Source: an uncultured Eubacteriales bacterium
Lineage (GTDB): Bacteria; Bacillota; Clostridia; Oscillospirales; CAG-382
Reading direction: 5' to 3'
Length of the DNA: 64,000 nucleotides
Assembly: GCA_934446675.1 (NCBI GenBank)
Contig: CAKSEL010000003.1
Coordinates: 151,318 to 215,317, forward strand
Below, one piece after another: positions 1 to 9,900 of this stretch. Position 1 is the stretch's first letter. The number at the start of each line of letters is the position of its first letter. The notes beneath the pieces are model-generated. The model saw only the letters and a program-made list of their open reading frames with translations. It was not told the origin of the DNA and searched no databases. The position numbers and the translations under genes are program-made.

Positions 1-1306
1 TGTCGTCGGTGTAGTAAACGGTGTTGTCGTAATGCTCGTTTGCGGCATATTCGGCAAGCGTCATAAACTTTCCTTCGGTAGTCTTGTAGAGTATTACGTC
101 CTTGACTTTGGAGAAAAACTTGTTGTCGCGTATTCCCGCATATTCGACGAACGGCTTTACGTCGTCCCAGAAACTTTCATACTTTTCGCGCTCGGTGTTG
201 AACAGCGAATTCAACTTGTCGCTGACCTTCTTTACAATGTGCGCGCTTATTTTTGCGACGTATCCGTTTGACTGAAGATAACTTCTCGAAACGTTGAGCG
301 GAAGTTCCGGACAGTCGAGAACGCCTTTCAAGAGGAACATATACTCGGGGATTACTTCCTTGATGTTGTCCGCAACGAATACCTGATTGTAGTACAGCTT
401 TACCTGACCCTCATAGCTGCCGTATTCGTTGGAAAGTTTCGGAAAATAGAGTATGCCCTTGAAGTTGAGCGGATAGTCGGCACTTATGTGTATCCAGAAA
501 AGCGGCTCTTTGTAGTCGTGGAATACCTTGCGGTAAAATTCCTTGTACTCCTCGTCCGTACACTCGGACGGCTTTTTGAGCCAGAGCGGAGTCGTGTCGT
601 TTACGGGCTTGGGTTCGGACTTTTCCTTGGGTTCTTCGCCCTCCTTGACCTCCTCTTTCTTTTCGGGAAGCACGGTGTAGTATATTTCAACCGGCATAAA
701 CGAGCAGAACTTTTCGATTATCTCGCGTATCTTGCTTTCCGACGCATATTCCTTTTCGTCGTCGTTTATATAGAGGATAATATCCGTTCCGCGCTGCATT
801 TTGTCGCAGGGACGCATTTCGTATGAGCCGTCCTCATTGCCTGTCCACCATACTGCGGCATCGTCTTTGCGGTAGGACTTTGATTTTATCTCAACCTTGT
901 CCGCAATCATGAACGCCGAATAAAATCCGAGACCGAAGTGACCGATTATGCCTTTTCCGGCGTCCTCGGACTCGCCCTCATACTTCTGAATAAAGTCGAG
1001 CGCGCCCGATAGAGCTATCTGATTGATGTACTTGTCTATCTCCTCTTGGTTCATGCCTATGCCGTTGTCGGAGAATGTGAGCGTGCCGAGTTCGGTGTCA
1101 AGCGTTACGTCAATTCTGTACGGCTTTCCGTCGGATTCAGCCTCGCCGAGGCTTACAAGTCTTTTATGCTTGGTAACGGCGTCGCAGCCGTTTGAAATAA
1201 GCTCGCGGGCAAATATATCCTTGTCGGAATACAGCCATTTCTTGATTACCGGAAACATGTTTTGGGTTTCGACGGATATGCCGCCTTTTTTAATGTTTTC
1301 TTCCAT
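1..1306 (-). CDS. htpG: Hsp90-family chaperone HtpG (C-terminal part lies outside the window)
   Basis: Absent from the ORF track because it runs off the window edge. Reverse-strand reading from the ATG at 1304-1306 (RBS AGGAAGT upstream) gives MEENIKKGGISVETQNMFPVIKKWLYSDKDIFARELISNGCDAVTKHKRL...GIIGHFGLGFYSAFMIADKVEI. This is the GHKL ATPase N-domain signature of HtpG. The frame stays open to position 1. Confidence 0.9.
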   Translation of the reverse strand, partial: MEENIKKGGISVETQNMFPVIKKWLYSDKDIFARELISNGCDAVTKHKRLVSLGEAESDGKPYRIDVTLDTELGTLTFSDNGIGMNQEEIDKYINQIALSGALDFIQKYEGESEDAGKGIIGHFGLGFYSAFMIADKVEIKSKSYRKDDAAVWWTGNEDGSYEMRPCDKMQRGTDIILYINDDEKEYASESKIREIIEKFCSFMPVEIYYTVLPEKKEEVKEGEEPKEKSEPKPVNDTTPLWLKKPSECTDEEYKEFYRKVFHDYKEPLFWIHISADYPLNFKGILYFPKLSNEYGSYEGQVKLYYNQVFVADNIKEVIPEYMFLLKGVLDCPELPLNVSRSYLQSNGYVAKISAHIVKKVSDKLNSLFNTEREKYESFWDDVKPFVEYAGIRDNKFFSKVKDVILYKTTEGKFMTLAEYAANEHYDNTVYYTDD

Positions 1307-1519
1307 ATATATTACTTCCTTTCGGTTATTTACTGCGTATTATAATTATAGTCACGGTTGCTTACACAAATTTTAAACAAATGTAAATATTATAGCATGA
1401 CGCAGGTATTTTATTGTACACTTTTGAACGAAACTGTATATAAACATAAAAACAGGCTGCCAAACTGCGGTCATGTTCAAAACCGTAATAAGACAGCCGG
1501 TATTTTTTTGCTTTAAAGA

Positions 1520-2425
1520 TTATTTTGCGTCTGCCGCAGTAACGTCGGCGGTTTCGGACTCGGTGCTGCTGTCGGTGTTTTCGCCGTCTGCTGCCGTTTC
1601 GTCTCCGGTTTCTGTTGCGGTAGCGTATGTTTCGTATTTCAGACCGTAGGACTGCGCGTCGCTTACCGCTGCGCTGACGTCTGCAAGGTGAAGTACGGCA
1701 TTGCTGCCTACAAGCGCCTTTTCGTCTATGGATTCAAGCGCCGCGGAGAAAGTCAGATTTGATGCCGGGCAGTCGAGAAATGCGTAGTATGCAACATGCT
1801 TTACGCTTTCGTCAAAGGTCGCGTCGGAGCTTCCGTTGTACTTTAAGAGTATACCGTCGCCCACAATAACGTTTGTGCCGCCCAGAGACGCATACCACGG
1901 GCACGCCGTGAAGTAGTCGGAGAATGCCATGTCGCCTACTGAATTTACGTTTTTGCCGAAAGTCACGTCCGCAAGCTTTTCGCAGTTGAAGAAAGCTCTT
2001 GTTCCGATCGACGTAAGAGTGTCGGGCATTGTTACTTTTTCGAGAGCCGAACAGTTCTGGAACGCACCCGTGCCGATGGTTTCAACGCCTTCGGGAATTA
2101 CAGCCGAGGTGATCTTTTCGTTGCCCATGAACGCGCCGCCGTCGATTGCCGTAACGGAATAAACCGCGCCGTCTTCGGGACTTGTTACCTCTGCCGGAAT
2201 TTCAATTTCGGCGCTCTCACCGGTGTATCCGGTTATTTTTGCCGATCCGCCGGAAATTTTGAATTCAAAGTCAATGGGTTCGACGTTGATTTCGGTTATA
2301 ACCTCGTCGGGTTTTGTGTTATTTGTGTCGTCGGTCTTTTTATCGTCCTGTTTCTTTGAGCAGGCGGACATCAGCAGGACAGCCGCAAGCGCAAGTGCGG
2401 ATACAGATGCGAGATACTTTTTCAT
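1520..2425 (-). CDS. Lipoprotein with BspA-type leucine-rich repeats
   Basis: Signal peptide with lipobox LLMSAC. Repeated GAFxxCxxLxxVxxP-like units (GAFQNCSALEKVTMPDTLTSIGTRAFFNCEKLADVTF). Acidic Thr/Glu/Asp-rich C-terminus. Confidence 0.75.
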   Translation of the reverse strand: MKKYLASVSALALAAVLLMSACSKKQDDKKTDDTNNTKPDEVITEINVEPIDFEFKISGGSAKITGYTGESAEIEIPAEVTSPEDGAVYSVTAIDGGAFMGNEKITSAVIPEGVETIGTGAFQNCSALEKVTMPDTLTSIGTRAFFNCEKLADVTFGKNVNSVGDMAFSDYFTACPWYASLGGTNVIVGDGILLKYNGSSDATFDESVKHVAYYAFLDCPASNLTFSAALESIDEKALVGSNAVLHLADVSAAVSDAQSYGLKYETYATATETGDETAADGENTDSSTESETADVTAADAK

Positions 2426-2566
2426 GACAGTGCTCCTTTATACATACGTATAATATTATAATGATACGAGTATAGCACAAGTGAGCAAAAATTTCAACAG
2501 TAAATTAAAATTTTTGGTAAAATTTACATTTAGGAAATTATGCGCCGCGCTTTTGTATCGTATTTG

Positions 2567-2986
2567 TTATTCTTCGGGCTGGAAAAACTCTATCTGCTCG
2601 CCGTCGGGACCCTCCACAAATGACAGGTCTACGGGAAGAACGGGGTCTGACGGAATATCGACGTGTTTCGGCGCGGTGTTGGGTTTTGCGCCGTACTCAA
2701 GCGCGCGTTCAAATGCGGCGCGGGTGTCTTTTACTTTGAGCGCAAGGTGGAAGAAAGAACCGGCGTCGTCGCAGGCGTGAAGATTTTTCGCACCGTCGGA
2801 GAAAACTTCAAAATATGTGCCGTTTCCCATGTCTATAAGCGCTATTTTCTTGCCCGCACCCGAAGTCCAGGTTCTGTAAAGCGAAAATCCCAGTCCTTTG
2901 GTATAAAATTCGAGCGATTTGTTGAAATCCGAAACCGAGAGCGCAACGTGGTGGAACGATACTTCGGGAAGAGCTTTGTTTGACAT
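2567..2986 (-). CDS. VOC (glyoxalase/bleomycin-resistance/dioxygenase) family protein
   Basis: 139 aa. The N-terminus FHHVALSVSDFNKSLEFYTKGLGF is the typical VOC beta-alpha-beta-beta-beta motif. Confidence 0.75.
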   Translation of the reverse strand: MSNKALPEVSFHHVALSVSDFNKSLEFYTKGLGFSLYRTWTSGAGKKIALIDMGNGTYFEVFSDGAKNLHACDDAGSFFHLALKVKDTRAAFERALEYGAKPNTAPKHVDIPSDPVLPVDLSFVEGPDGEQIEFFQPEE

Positions 2987-3182
2987 AATAATACCTCCGT
3001 AAATGCGGCAATACGCGGTAAATACAAGATGTATGCCGTAAGTTTATGCGCGGCACTATATATAAATATGAAGATATGCCGCAGAAATATAATAGCACAC
3101 AGGGCGCGTTTTGTCAATTTTAAGTTTAAATTGTCGGGGGTTTGGAAGTTTTATATACAAATGGCTTTTTTCACAAATATGC

Positions 3183-3211
3183 TTGACAAAGTGTGAACGC
3201 TGTGGTATTAT
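3183..3211 (+). promoter_or_regulatory. SigmaA-type promoter for the cohesin/dockerin locus
   Basis: TTGACA (3183-3188), 17-nt spacer, TATTAT (3206-3211), about 80 nt upstream of the 3291 start. Confidence 0.55.
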
Positions 3212-3290
3212 TTGTATATAAAAGTGAAGAACTGACAGTAATTTTTTAAACATATTTTTATCGGACGTGCGTTTACGGGAGGTGCAGATT

Positions 3291-4430
3291 ATGAAAAAGA
3301 TCATATATGTGCTGACCGCAGCCGTTCTGATATGCACGGCGCTCTGTTTTGCGGCATTTGCCGAAGATTCGGACAATGCTGATATGACCGTAAGGTTCGA
3401 CTGTTCGGAAACGGACCCGGACGGCGTGTTTACTATGAAAATATCGTTTGAAAACGTCCGTTTTATGACCTATCAGTTCGCGGTAAGATACGATACCGAA
3501 GCTGTCGAGGCGTATAATGCCGAAAATAAAACGGCTGCGAAAGAATTTTCAGATTTCGCAAAGAGAATAAAGCATACCGGACTTAATTCGATAGGCGAGC
3601 TGCTCGACGCGGAAAACGGATTTTTCGACTTTACCGGCTTTGTGCTTGCAAATGCGTCAACCGATGAAACGTCGGGCTTTACAATGGACGGCTCGCAGGC
3701 TGTGACGGATAAAGATTTTGTCCTTTATGAAATGACATTCAGAAAAAAGTCGGATAAAGATCCCGGCTTTGAAATTGCCTTTGCGGACGGAAACGGCGTG
3801 CATTACGATATGTTCCCCGAAGGCGCCGCGATTTTCGGCGGTCCCGATAAACCGTATGCCGCAAAAGCCGTTTTTACATATGATAATAAGGAAAAGACGA
3901 CAGAGTTTGATTCCGTAAAATATTCGTCGGGCGCGGCTCCTACAAAATCGCAGAGACTTAAAAACACGCTTTATATGCAAAGCGAAAACTATGCATGTGC
4001 CGCAGACGGAGCGCTCCGCGTGATTGACGTGTCGGATAAGACCTTTGCTCCAGAATTGAAGGACGGCGCGCTTTATGTTCCGTTAAGATTCGTGTGCGAA
4101 TACTTCGGATTAAAGACCGAATGGGACGCCGTCAGGCGCTGCGCCGTTGTAAGCGGCGAAAACGGAAAGTTTGAAATATATCCCGACCGTGGCAAAGTGA
4201 TGTCCGGAACTCAGCAGCTCGATTCGGCAAAGCCGTATATCGGTAAAGACAGAATTTTCGTGGACTTTGATACTGCGGCAAAAATCGCAGATGTAAATAC
4301 GTATGCGGAAAATGCCGGCGAGATAGTATTCGCAAAAGGCGAAGAATGGAAACCGGAACGTTACGCGGAAAAACAGGCGCTTAACAATATGAAATTCGTG
4401 ATATCGCCTCTTATAAAGATATTCGCGTAA
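3291..4430 (+). CDS. Secreted protein: N-terminal cohesin-like module plus C-terminal copper-amine-oxidase-N-like (stalk) domain
   Basis: The track ORF 3267-4430 is trimmed to the ATG at 3291 (RBS GGGAGG; MKKIIYVLTAAVLICTALCFAAFA signal peptide). FTMKISFENVRFMTYQFAVRYDTEAVEAYN resembles the cohesin core. GALYVPLRFVCEYFGLKTEWD resembles the Cu_amine_oxidN1 repeat. Confidence 0.6.
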   Translation: MKKIIYVLTAAVLICTALCFAAFAEDSDNADMTVRFDCSETDPDGVFTMKISFENVRFMTYQFAVRYDTEAVEAYNAENKTAAKEFSDFAKRIKHTGLNSIGELLDAENGFFDFTGFVLANASTDETSGFTMDGSQAVTDKDFVLYEMTFRKKSDKDPGFEIAFADGNGVHYDMFPEGAAIFGGPDKPYAAKAVFTYDNKEKTTEFDSVKYSSGAAPTKSQRLKNTLYMQSENYACAADGALRVIDVSDKTFAPELKDGALYVPLRFVCEYFGLKTEWDAVRRCAVVSGENGKFEIYPDRGKVMSGTQQLDSAKPYIGKDRIFVDFDTAAKIADVNTYAENAGEIVFAKGEEWKPERYAEKQALNNMKFVISPLIKIFA

Positions 4431-4493
4431 CAAATTGATTTTGTAAGCAAAAAACATAACATATTATTAACATATTATTAAGGAGAAAAAACT

Positions 4494-5273
4494 ATGAAAG
4501 CAAAATTTCTGAGAAAGGCACTGTGTGCGCTTGCTTTTGCGGCAGTTCTCTGCGGCGGAGCATTTGCGGCTGAGAACTACAATCAGGACGCATCGGGCGC
4601 GTACACCGTTGACTACACAGGAAAAGCAGGCGAGTATTACGCCATTCTCGTTCTGGACGGCATTTATGAAGACGGTAAAATGCCGGCGATAACCGAGGAT
4701 TCCATAATTTACATTTCGCAGGAAACTGCAGATGCTGAAGGCAAGGTTTCGTTTGCTGATTTCAAGACCAAGAATGACCATGACGGTACGGTCTATATCG
4801 GCGGCAGCGGCCTTGACAGCGCAGTTCTTCTCGGATATGTAAAAGCTCCCTCGACCGGTTCAAAGGTAAGCGGTTCGGTAACGTCGGACTCCGGTTCGCC
4901 CGTTGAATCAAACGTTACTCTTACAAGCACGACCGATTCTTCAAAGACCTTTACCGCAACTACGAAAGACGGCACATATGAAATCACCGTTCCCAACGAT
5001 ACATATAAGTTCGTTGTTACCAAAAAGGCTCACCTTTCTTATACTAAGAATGAGCTTGCGGTAAATGCAGATGTGGTTAAGGACGTTAAACTTGTTGGCG
5101 GTGATACGAACGCTGACAGTGTTATTGATTATAAAGACTTGGGCATGGTTGTAGCTGATTACAATAAAGTTGCGGATAGTCTTTTAAGTGATATTAACTC
5201 TGATGGCAAGGTAGACTATAAAGATTTAGGTGTAATTATTGCAAATTATAATAAATCTGCAATAGCGGAGTGA
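4494..5273 (+). CDS. Secreted dockerin-containing protein (N-terminal module of unknown function, CarboxypepD_reg-like middle, type I dockerin)
   Basis: Signal peptide present. The C-terminus has two Ca-binding dockerin repeats, DTNADSVIDYKDLGMVVADYNK and DINSDGKVDYKDLGVIIANYNK. The middle reads VSGSVTSDSG..VTLTSTTD..TKDGTYEITVPNDTYKFVVTKKAHL. Confidence 0.8.
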   Translation: MKAKFLRKALCALAFAAVLCGGAFAAENYNQDASGAYTVDYTGKAGEYYAILVLDGIYEDGKMPAITEDSIIYISQETADAEGKVSFADFKTKNDHDGTVYIGGSGLDSAVLLGYVKAPSTGSKVSGSVTSDSGSPVESNVTLTSTTDSSKTFTATTKDGTYEITVPNDTYKFVVTKKAHLSYTKNELAVNADVVKDVKLVGGDTNADSVIDYKDLGMVVADYNKVADSLLSDINSDGKVDYKDLGVIIANYNKSAIAE

Positions 5274-5294
5274 TTTTTGGAGGGGTTATTTGAG

Positions 5295-6632
5295 ATGAAA
5301 AGTATATTTAAGTATATTATAGCAACTGGTCTGTTTGTCTGCATTTTTGCAATTAGTGCATTTGCGGCAAAAAATGTGGCTGTTGATTATAGCATAAAAT
5401 CGGTAGACGGTTATACTAATGCTTACGATATTTATATAAATATAAAGTCAGAGGTTCCGGTAGGAACATTTAAAGCAGAAGTGTCTTACAATAACGAAGT
5501 ATTCGTTCCGGTAGATGCTAGCACTTATACAGCTGTTGACGTATCAAAAAAAGGTCATGCACCAAAACCCATTAAATTGATTGAAGATGAAGAATCAGCA
5601 CTTCTTTATACATTAGCAGAAAATACGTGGACCGCAAATCTTACAAAAACGACTTTGGCAACAACAATGTACTCTACTGATAGTTCTGATTTCCCTTATG
5701 CTGATTTTAACATTGCGAAGATTTCATTTGTACTTGCCGAAGGCAAAGCTTTCTCAGATATTAAATCCGGTGATTTCACAATAGATATGCTTGGTATTGT
5801 AAGCGGTTTAGCTGGAGATGATATATACGCATATAATGACCCGACCGTTTCGCAGCCTATTACTGTCACCAACAACGTAGTACCTTCCACCACTGCAAAG
5901 ATAACCGTACCTGCCGGCTCGTCCGTAGTATTCCAGGACTACACCCAGGCAGCATACGAGGCTGAAACCGAAGTTGACGTTGACATCACAACCGACGGCT
6001 TTGTAGTAGTAAATACCGGCTATACCGCACAGACAGTATATCAGGTGGCTGACGGCAGCATTGCTAAGGTAGGCAACTTTGAAGACGGTCTTCTCGGTTC
6101 CGCAAATACCGATATCAGAGCAGACAGCAAATATCAGGGTATCAGATTCCATTCGTTCCTTGCCGACACTGCAAGAACCGAAGCAGATGACAATAAGATA
6201 GTTGAATACGGCTACGTTGTTACTGCCGAAAGCAAGCAGAACACACTTCCCGAAAACTATGAACTTAATATGAAAATGGTTGACTCCGGCAAGGCAGTCA
6301 AGGGTGTTGCTTATATCGAGGGAACCGATCCTATAACCTTTAAGAAGAATGACAATAATACCGAGTTCACCGGTCTTATTATCGGTATCCCCATGACTAA
6401 GGACGGACTCAATACCGTTATTGCCGCAAGACCTTACTATAAGACTCAGGGCGGTAAGTATGTATACGGCAAGATGACCAGAAAGACCGTTGCGGAAACC
6501 GCAAAGGCTATCAAGGCGGAAGGCGGCGACACCTATACCAATAATAAGGAATATATTGATAATATTCTCTCAATCGTCGCCGAGGACTTCACCGAAATCA
6601 GCATAGACGTTTCCGAACTCTACGCAGAATAA
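5295..6632 (+). CDS. Secreted cohesin-like module protein
   Basis: The track ORF 5277-6632 is trimmed to the ATG at 5295 (RBS GGAGGGG 9 nt upstream; MKSIFKYIIATGLFVCIFAISAFA signal peptide). YDIYINIKSEVPVGTFKAEVSYNNEVFVPVD is cohesin-like. The C-terminal domain (QGIRFHSF..EYGYVVTAE..ARPYYK) is of unknown family. Confidence 0.55.
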   Translation: MKSIFKYIIATGLFVCIFAISAFAAKNVAVDYSIKSVDGYTNAYDIYINIKSEVPVGTFKAEVSYNNEVFVPVDASTYTAVDVSKKGHAPKPIKLIEDEESALLYTLAENTWTANLTKTTLATTMYSTDSSDFPYADFNIAKISFVLAEGKAFSDIKSGDFTIDMLGIVSGLAGDDIYAYNDPTVSQPITVTNNVVPSTTAKITVPAGSSVVFQDYTQAAYEAETEVDVDITTDGFVVVNTGYTAQTVYQVADGSIAKVGNFEDGLLGSANTDIRADSKYQGIRFHSFLADTARTEADDNKIVEYGYVVTAESKQNTLPENYELNMKMVDSGKAVKGVAYIEGTDPITFKKNDNNTEFTGLIIGIPMTKDGLNTVIAARPYYKTQGGKYVYGKMTRKTVAETAKAIKAEGGDTYTNNKEYIDNILSIVAEDFTEISIDVSELYAE

Positions 6633-6681
6633 TCCCCGGACGCGGAAAATGTCCGCAAATGCAATAAAATAAGATAAGCTT

Positions 6682-6722
6682 CGTGCCGGTGTGTGCAAAA
6701 TATGCTCCGGCACGTTGTTTTG
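6682..6722 (+). terminator. Intrinsic terminator after the cohesin/dockerin locus
   Basis: Stem CGTGCCGG (6682-6689) / CCGGCACG (6707-6714), followed by TTGTTTT. Confidence 0.6.
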
Positions 6723-6918
6723 GGTTTTGATACGCTGCGGAAATGCCGTAATACACGGCAAAAATGCTGCATTTTGCACGATTTTCATGAAATTTATAAA
6801 AGTTTCATAATATACTTGTAAATTTGTTGTATTTTTATATTTACAATTTCCGAATTAAGTGTTATTATATATCCATACCATTGTATAATGCTATAAATTT
6901 TCAGGAGGAAACATAAGA

Positions 6919-9900
6919 ATGTCCAGAAAAAAGATTTCAATGGACGGAAATACCGCCGCGGCGCACGTTGCATACGCCTTTACGGAGGTTTCCGCTATTT
7001 ACCCTATCACTCCTTCAAGCCCTATGGCAGAGGTGACTGATACCTGGTCCGCTACCGATAAGAATATCTTTGGTGAACCTGCAAGAAATATCTTCGGCGA
7101 ACGCGTCAAGATAATGGAAATGGAGTCCGAGGCAGGCGCTGCCGGTGCAGTACACGGCTCTCTCGCTTCCGGTGCTCTCACAACTACTTATACAGCTTCT
7201 CAGGGCTTGCTTCTCATGATCCCGAATATGTATAAGATCGCCGGTGAGCTTCTTCCTAACGTAATTCACGTTTCGGCTCGCTGCGTTGCATCTCATGCAC
7301 TTAACATTTTCGGCGACCATTCCGATATTTATGCTTGCCGTCAGACAGGCTACGCAATGCTCGCAGAGTCCAACCCTCAGGAAATCATGGATCTCGCAGC
7401 CGTTGCACACCTTTCCACAATCAAGGGCAGAGTTCCGTTCATCAACTTCTTCGACGGTTTCAGAACTTCTCATGAAATTCAGAAGATCGAAGCATGGGAC
7501 TATGCAGACCTTAAAGAAATGGTTGATATGGACGCGGTAAAGGCGTTCAGAGAACGTTCTCTCAATCCCGAAAAGCCCGCGCTCAGAGGCTCGGCTGAAA
7601 ACGGCGATATATTCTTCCAGCACAGAGAAGCCTGCAACAAGTATTATCAGGCACTCCCGGCAATCGTTGAAGAATACATGGATAAGGTCAACAAGAAGAT
7701 CGGTACCGATTATAAGCTCTTTAACTACTACGGCGCACCCGACGCTGACAGAGTTATAATCGCTATGGGCTCCGTATGCGACGTAGCTGAAGAAGTTATC
7801 GACTACATGAATGCAAACGGCGAAAAGGCAGGTCTTGTCAAGGTTCGTCTTTACAGACCTTTCGTATCCGAAAAGCTCATCGAAGCTATTCCGAAGACCG
7901 CAAAGAAGATTGCCGTTCTCGACAGAACAAAGGAACCCGGCTCTCAGGGCGAACCGCTTTATCTCGACGTTGTTACCGCGCTTGCAACACACGGCGTTAA
8001 TGTTAAGGTTGTCGGCGGAAGATACGGTCTCGGTTCAAAGGATACTCCTCCGGCAAGCATCTTTGCAGTATATGAAAACCTCAAGGCGGACGAGCCTAAG
8101 AACAGCTTTACTATCGGCATAGTAGATGATGTAACTCATCTTTCTCTCGAAGAAAAGCCCGCTCCCGATACCGCACCCGAAGGCACAATAAGCTGCAAGT
8201 TCTGGGGACTCGGCGGAGACGGTACCGTCGGTGCAAACAAGAACTCCATCAAGATCATAGGCGACCATACCGATAAGTTTATTCAGGCATACTTCCAGTA
8301 TGACTCCAAGAAGACCGGCGGCGTTACCATTTCTCACCTGAGATTCGGCGATAAGCCCATTAAGTCCTCTTACTATATCACAAAGGCTGACTTTGTAGCC
8401 TGTCATAACCCCTCTTATATCCTCAAGGGTTATAAGATAGTAAACGACGTAAAGCCCGGCGGTAAGTTCCTTCTTAACTGCCAGTGGAATGAAGAAGAGC
8501 TTGATAAGCACCTTCCCAACGCCGTAAAGAGCTACATAGCGAATAACAACATCGAGTTCTATACCGTAAATGCTATCGATAAGGCAGCAGAGATCGGTAT
8601 GGGCAAGAGAACAAATACAATTCTTCAGTCCGCATTCTTTGCACTTGCAAATATCATGCCTATCGATAAGGCTGTTGAGTACATGAAGTACATGGCAAAG
8701 AAGTCGTACCTCAAGAAGGGCGAAGCGGTAGTTGAAATGAACTACAAGGCAATCGACGCCGGCGTTGACGCTATCGTTAAGATAGACGTTCCTGAAAGCT
8801 GGAAGTCGCTTGATCCTGCAAGAGTTGAGCCTGAGATCACCGGAAAGAGACCGGAACTTGTTAAGTTCGTTAAGAACGTAGTTGTTCCCGTTGACGATAT
8901 GCTCGGCGATACTCTCCCTGTTTCCGCATTCTCCGATTACGTAGACGGTACATTCCCGCAGGGTGCTGCCGCATACGAAAAGAGAGGCGTTGCGGTTAAC
9001 GTTCCCGAGTGGATTCCCGAAAACTGCGTACAGTGTAATAACTGTGCATATGTATGTCCGCATGCAACGATCCGTCCGTTCGCTATGGACGAGAAGGAAG
9101 TTGCGGCAGCTCCCGAACAGACCAAGTTCACCGCTAAGATGATAGGCAAGGGCTGCGAAGGATATAAGTTTACCATGGCAATTTCGCCTCTTGACTGTAT
9201 GGGCTGTGGCGTCTGCGTAGACGTTTGCCCGACAAAGCCCGAAAAGAGAGCTTTGAAGATGGTTCCTCAGGAATCTCAGCTCCCGCAGCAGGAAGTATTC
9301 GATTATGCAGTTGCAAATGTAACCAAGAAAGATGTTCCGTTTGCAGATACCTCTGTAAAGGGCAGCCAGTTCAACCAGCCGCTGCTTGAATTCTCCGGTT
9401 CGTGCGCAGGTTGTGCGGAAACTTCTTACGCAAGACTTATCACTCAGCTCTTCGGCGAGAGAATGTACATTTCCAATGCAACCGGTTGTTCGTCTATTTG
9501 GGGCGGCAGCGCACCTGCAACTCCTTACACCGTAAACCGCGACAGCGGCAAGGGTCCGGCATGGGCTAACTCCCTGTTCGAGGATAACGCAGAGCACGGT
9601 CTCGGTATGTACCTCGGTCAGAAGACTATAAGAGAAAGACTTATGGGCAAGGTTGAAGAAATGATGGCTTCCGATAAGGCTTCCGACGCATTCAAGGCTG
9701 CTGCAAAGGCATATCTTGATACCAAGGACGACGGCAAGGCAAATCAGGCTGCAACCGACGCACTTATTCTCGAGCTCGGCAAGGCAGCAGCAGAAGGCTG
9801 TCCTACCGCTAAGGAAGTGCTTGCAGAAAAGCAGTACCTCTCCAAGAAGTCCGTATGGATCTTCGGCGGCGACGGCTGGGCATACGATATCGGCTTTGGC

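Noticed and set aside
1307-1519. CIRCE (HrcA) or CtsR operator upstream of htpG
   Set aside because: No TTAGCACTC-N9-GAGTGCTAA or tandem GGTCAAA repeats are visible in the htpG upstream region.
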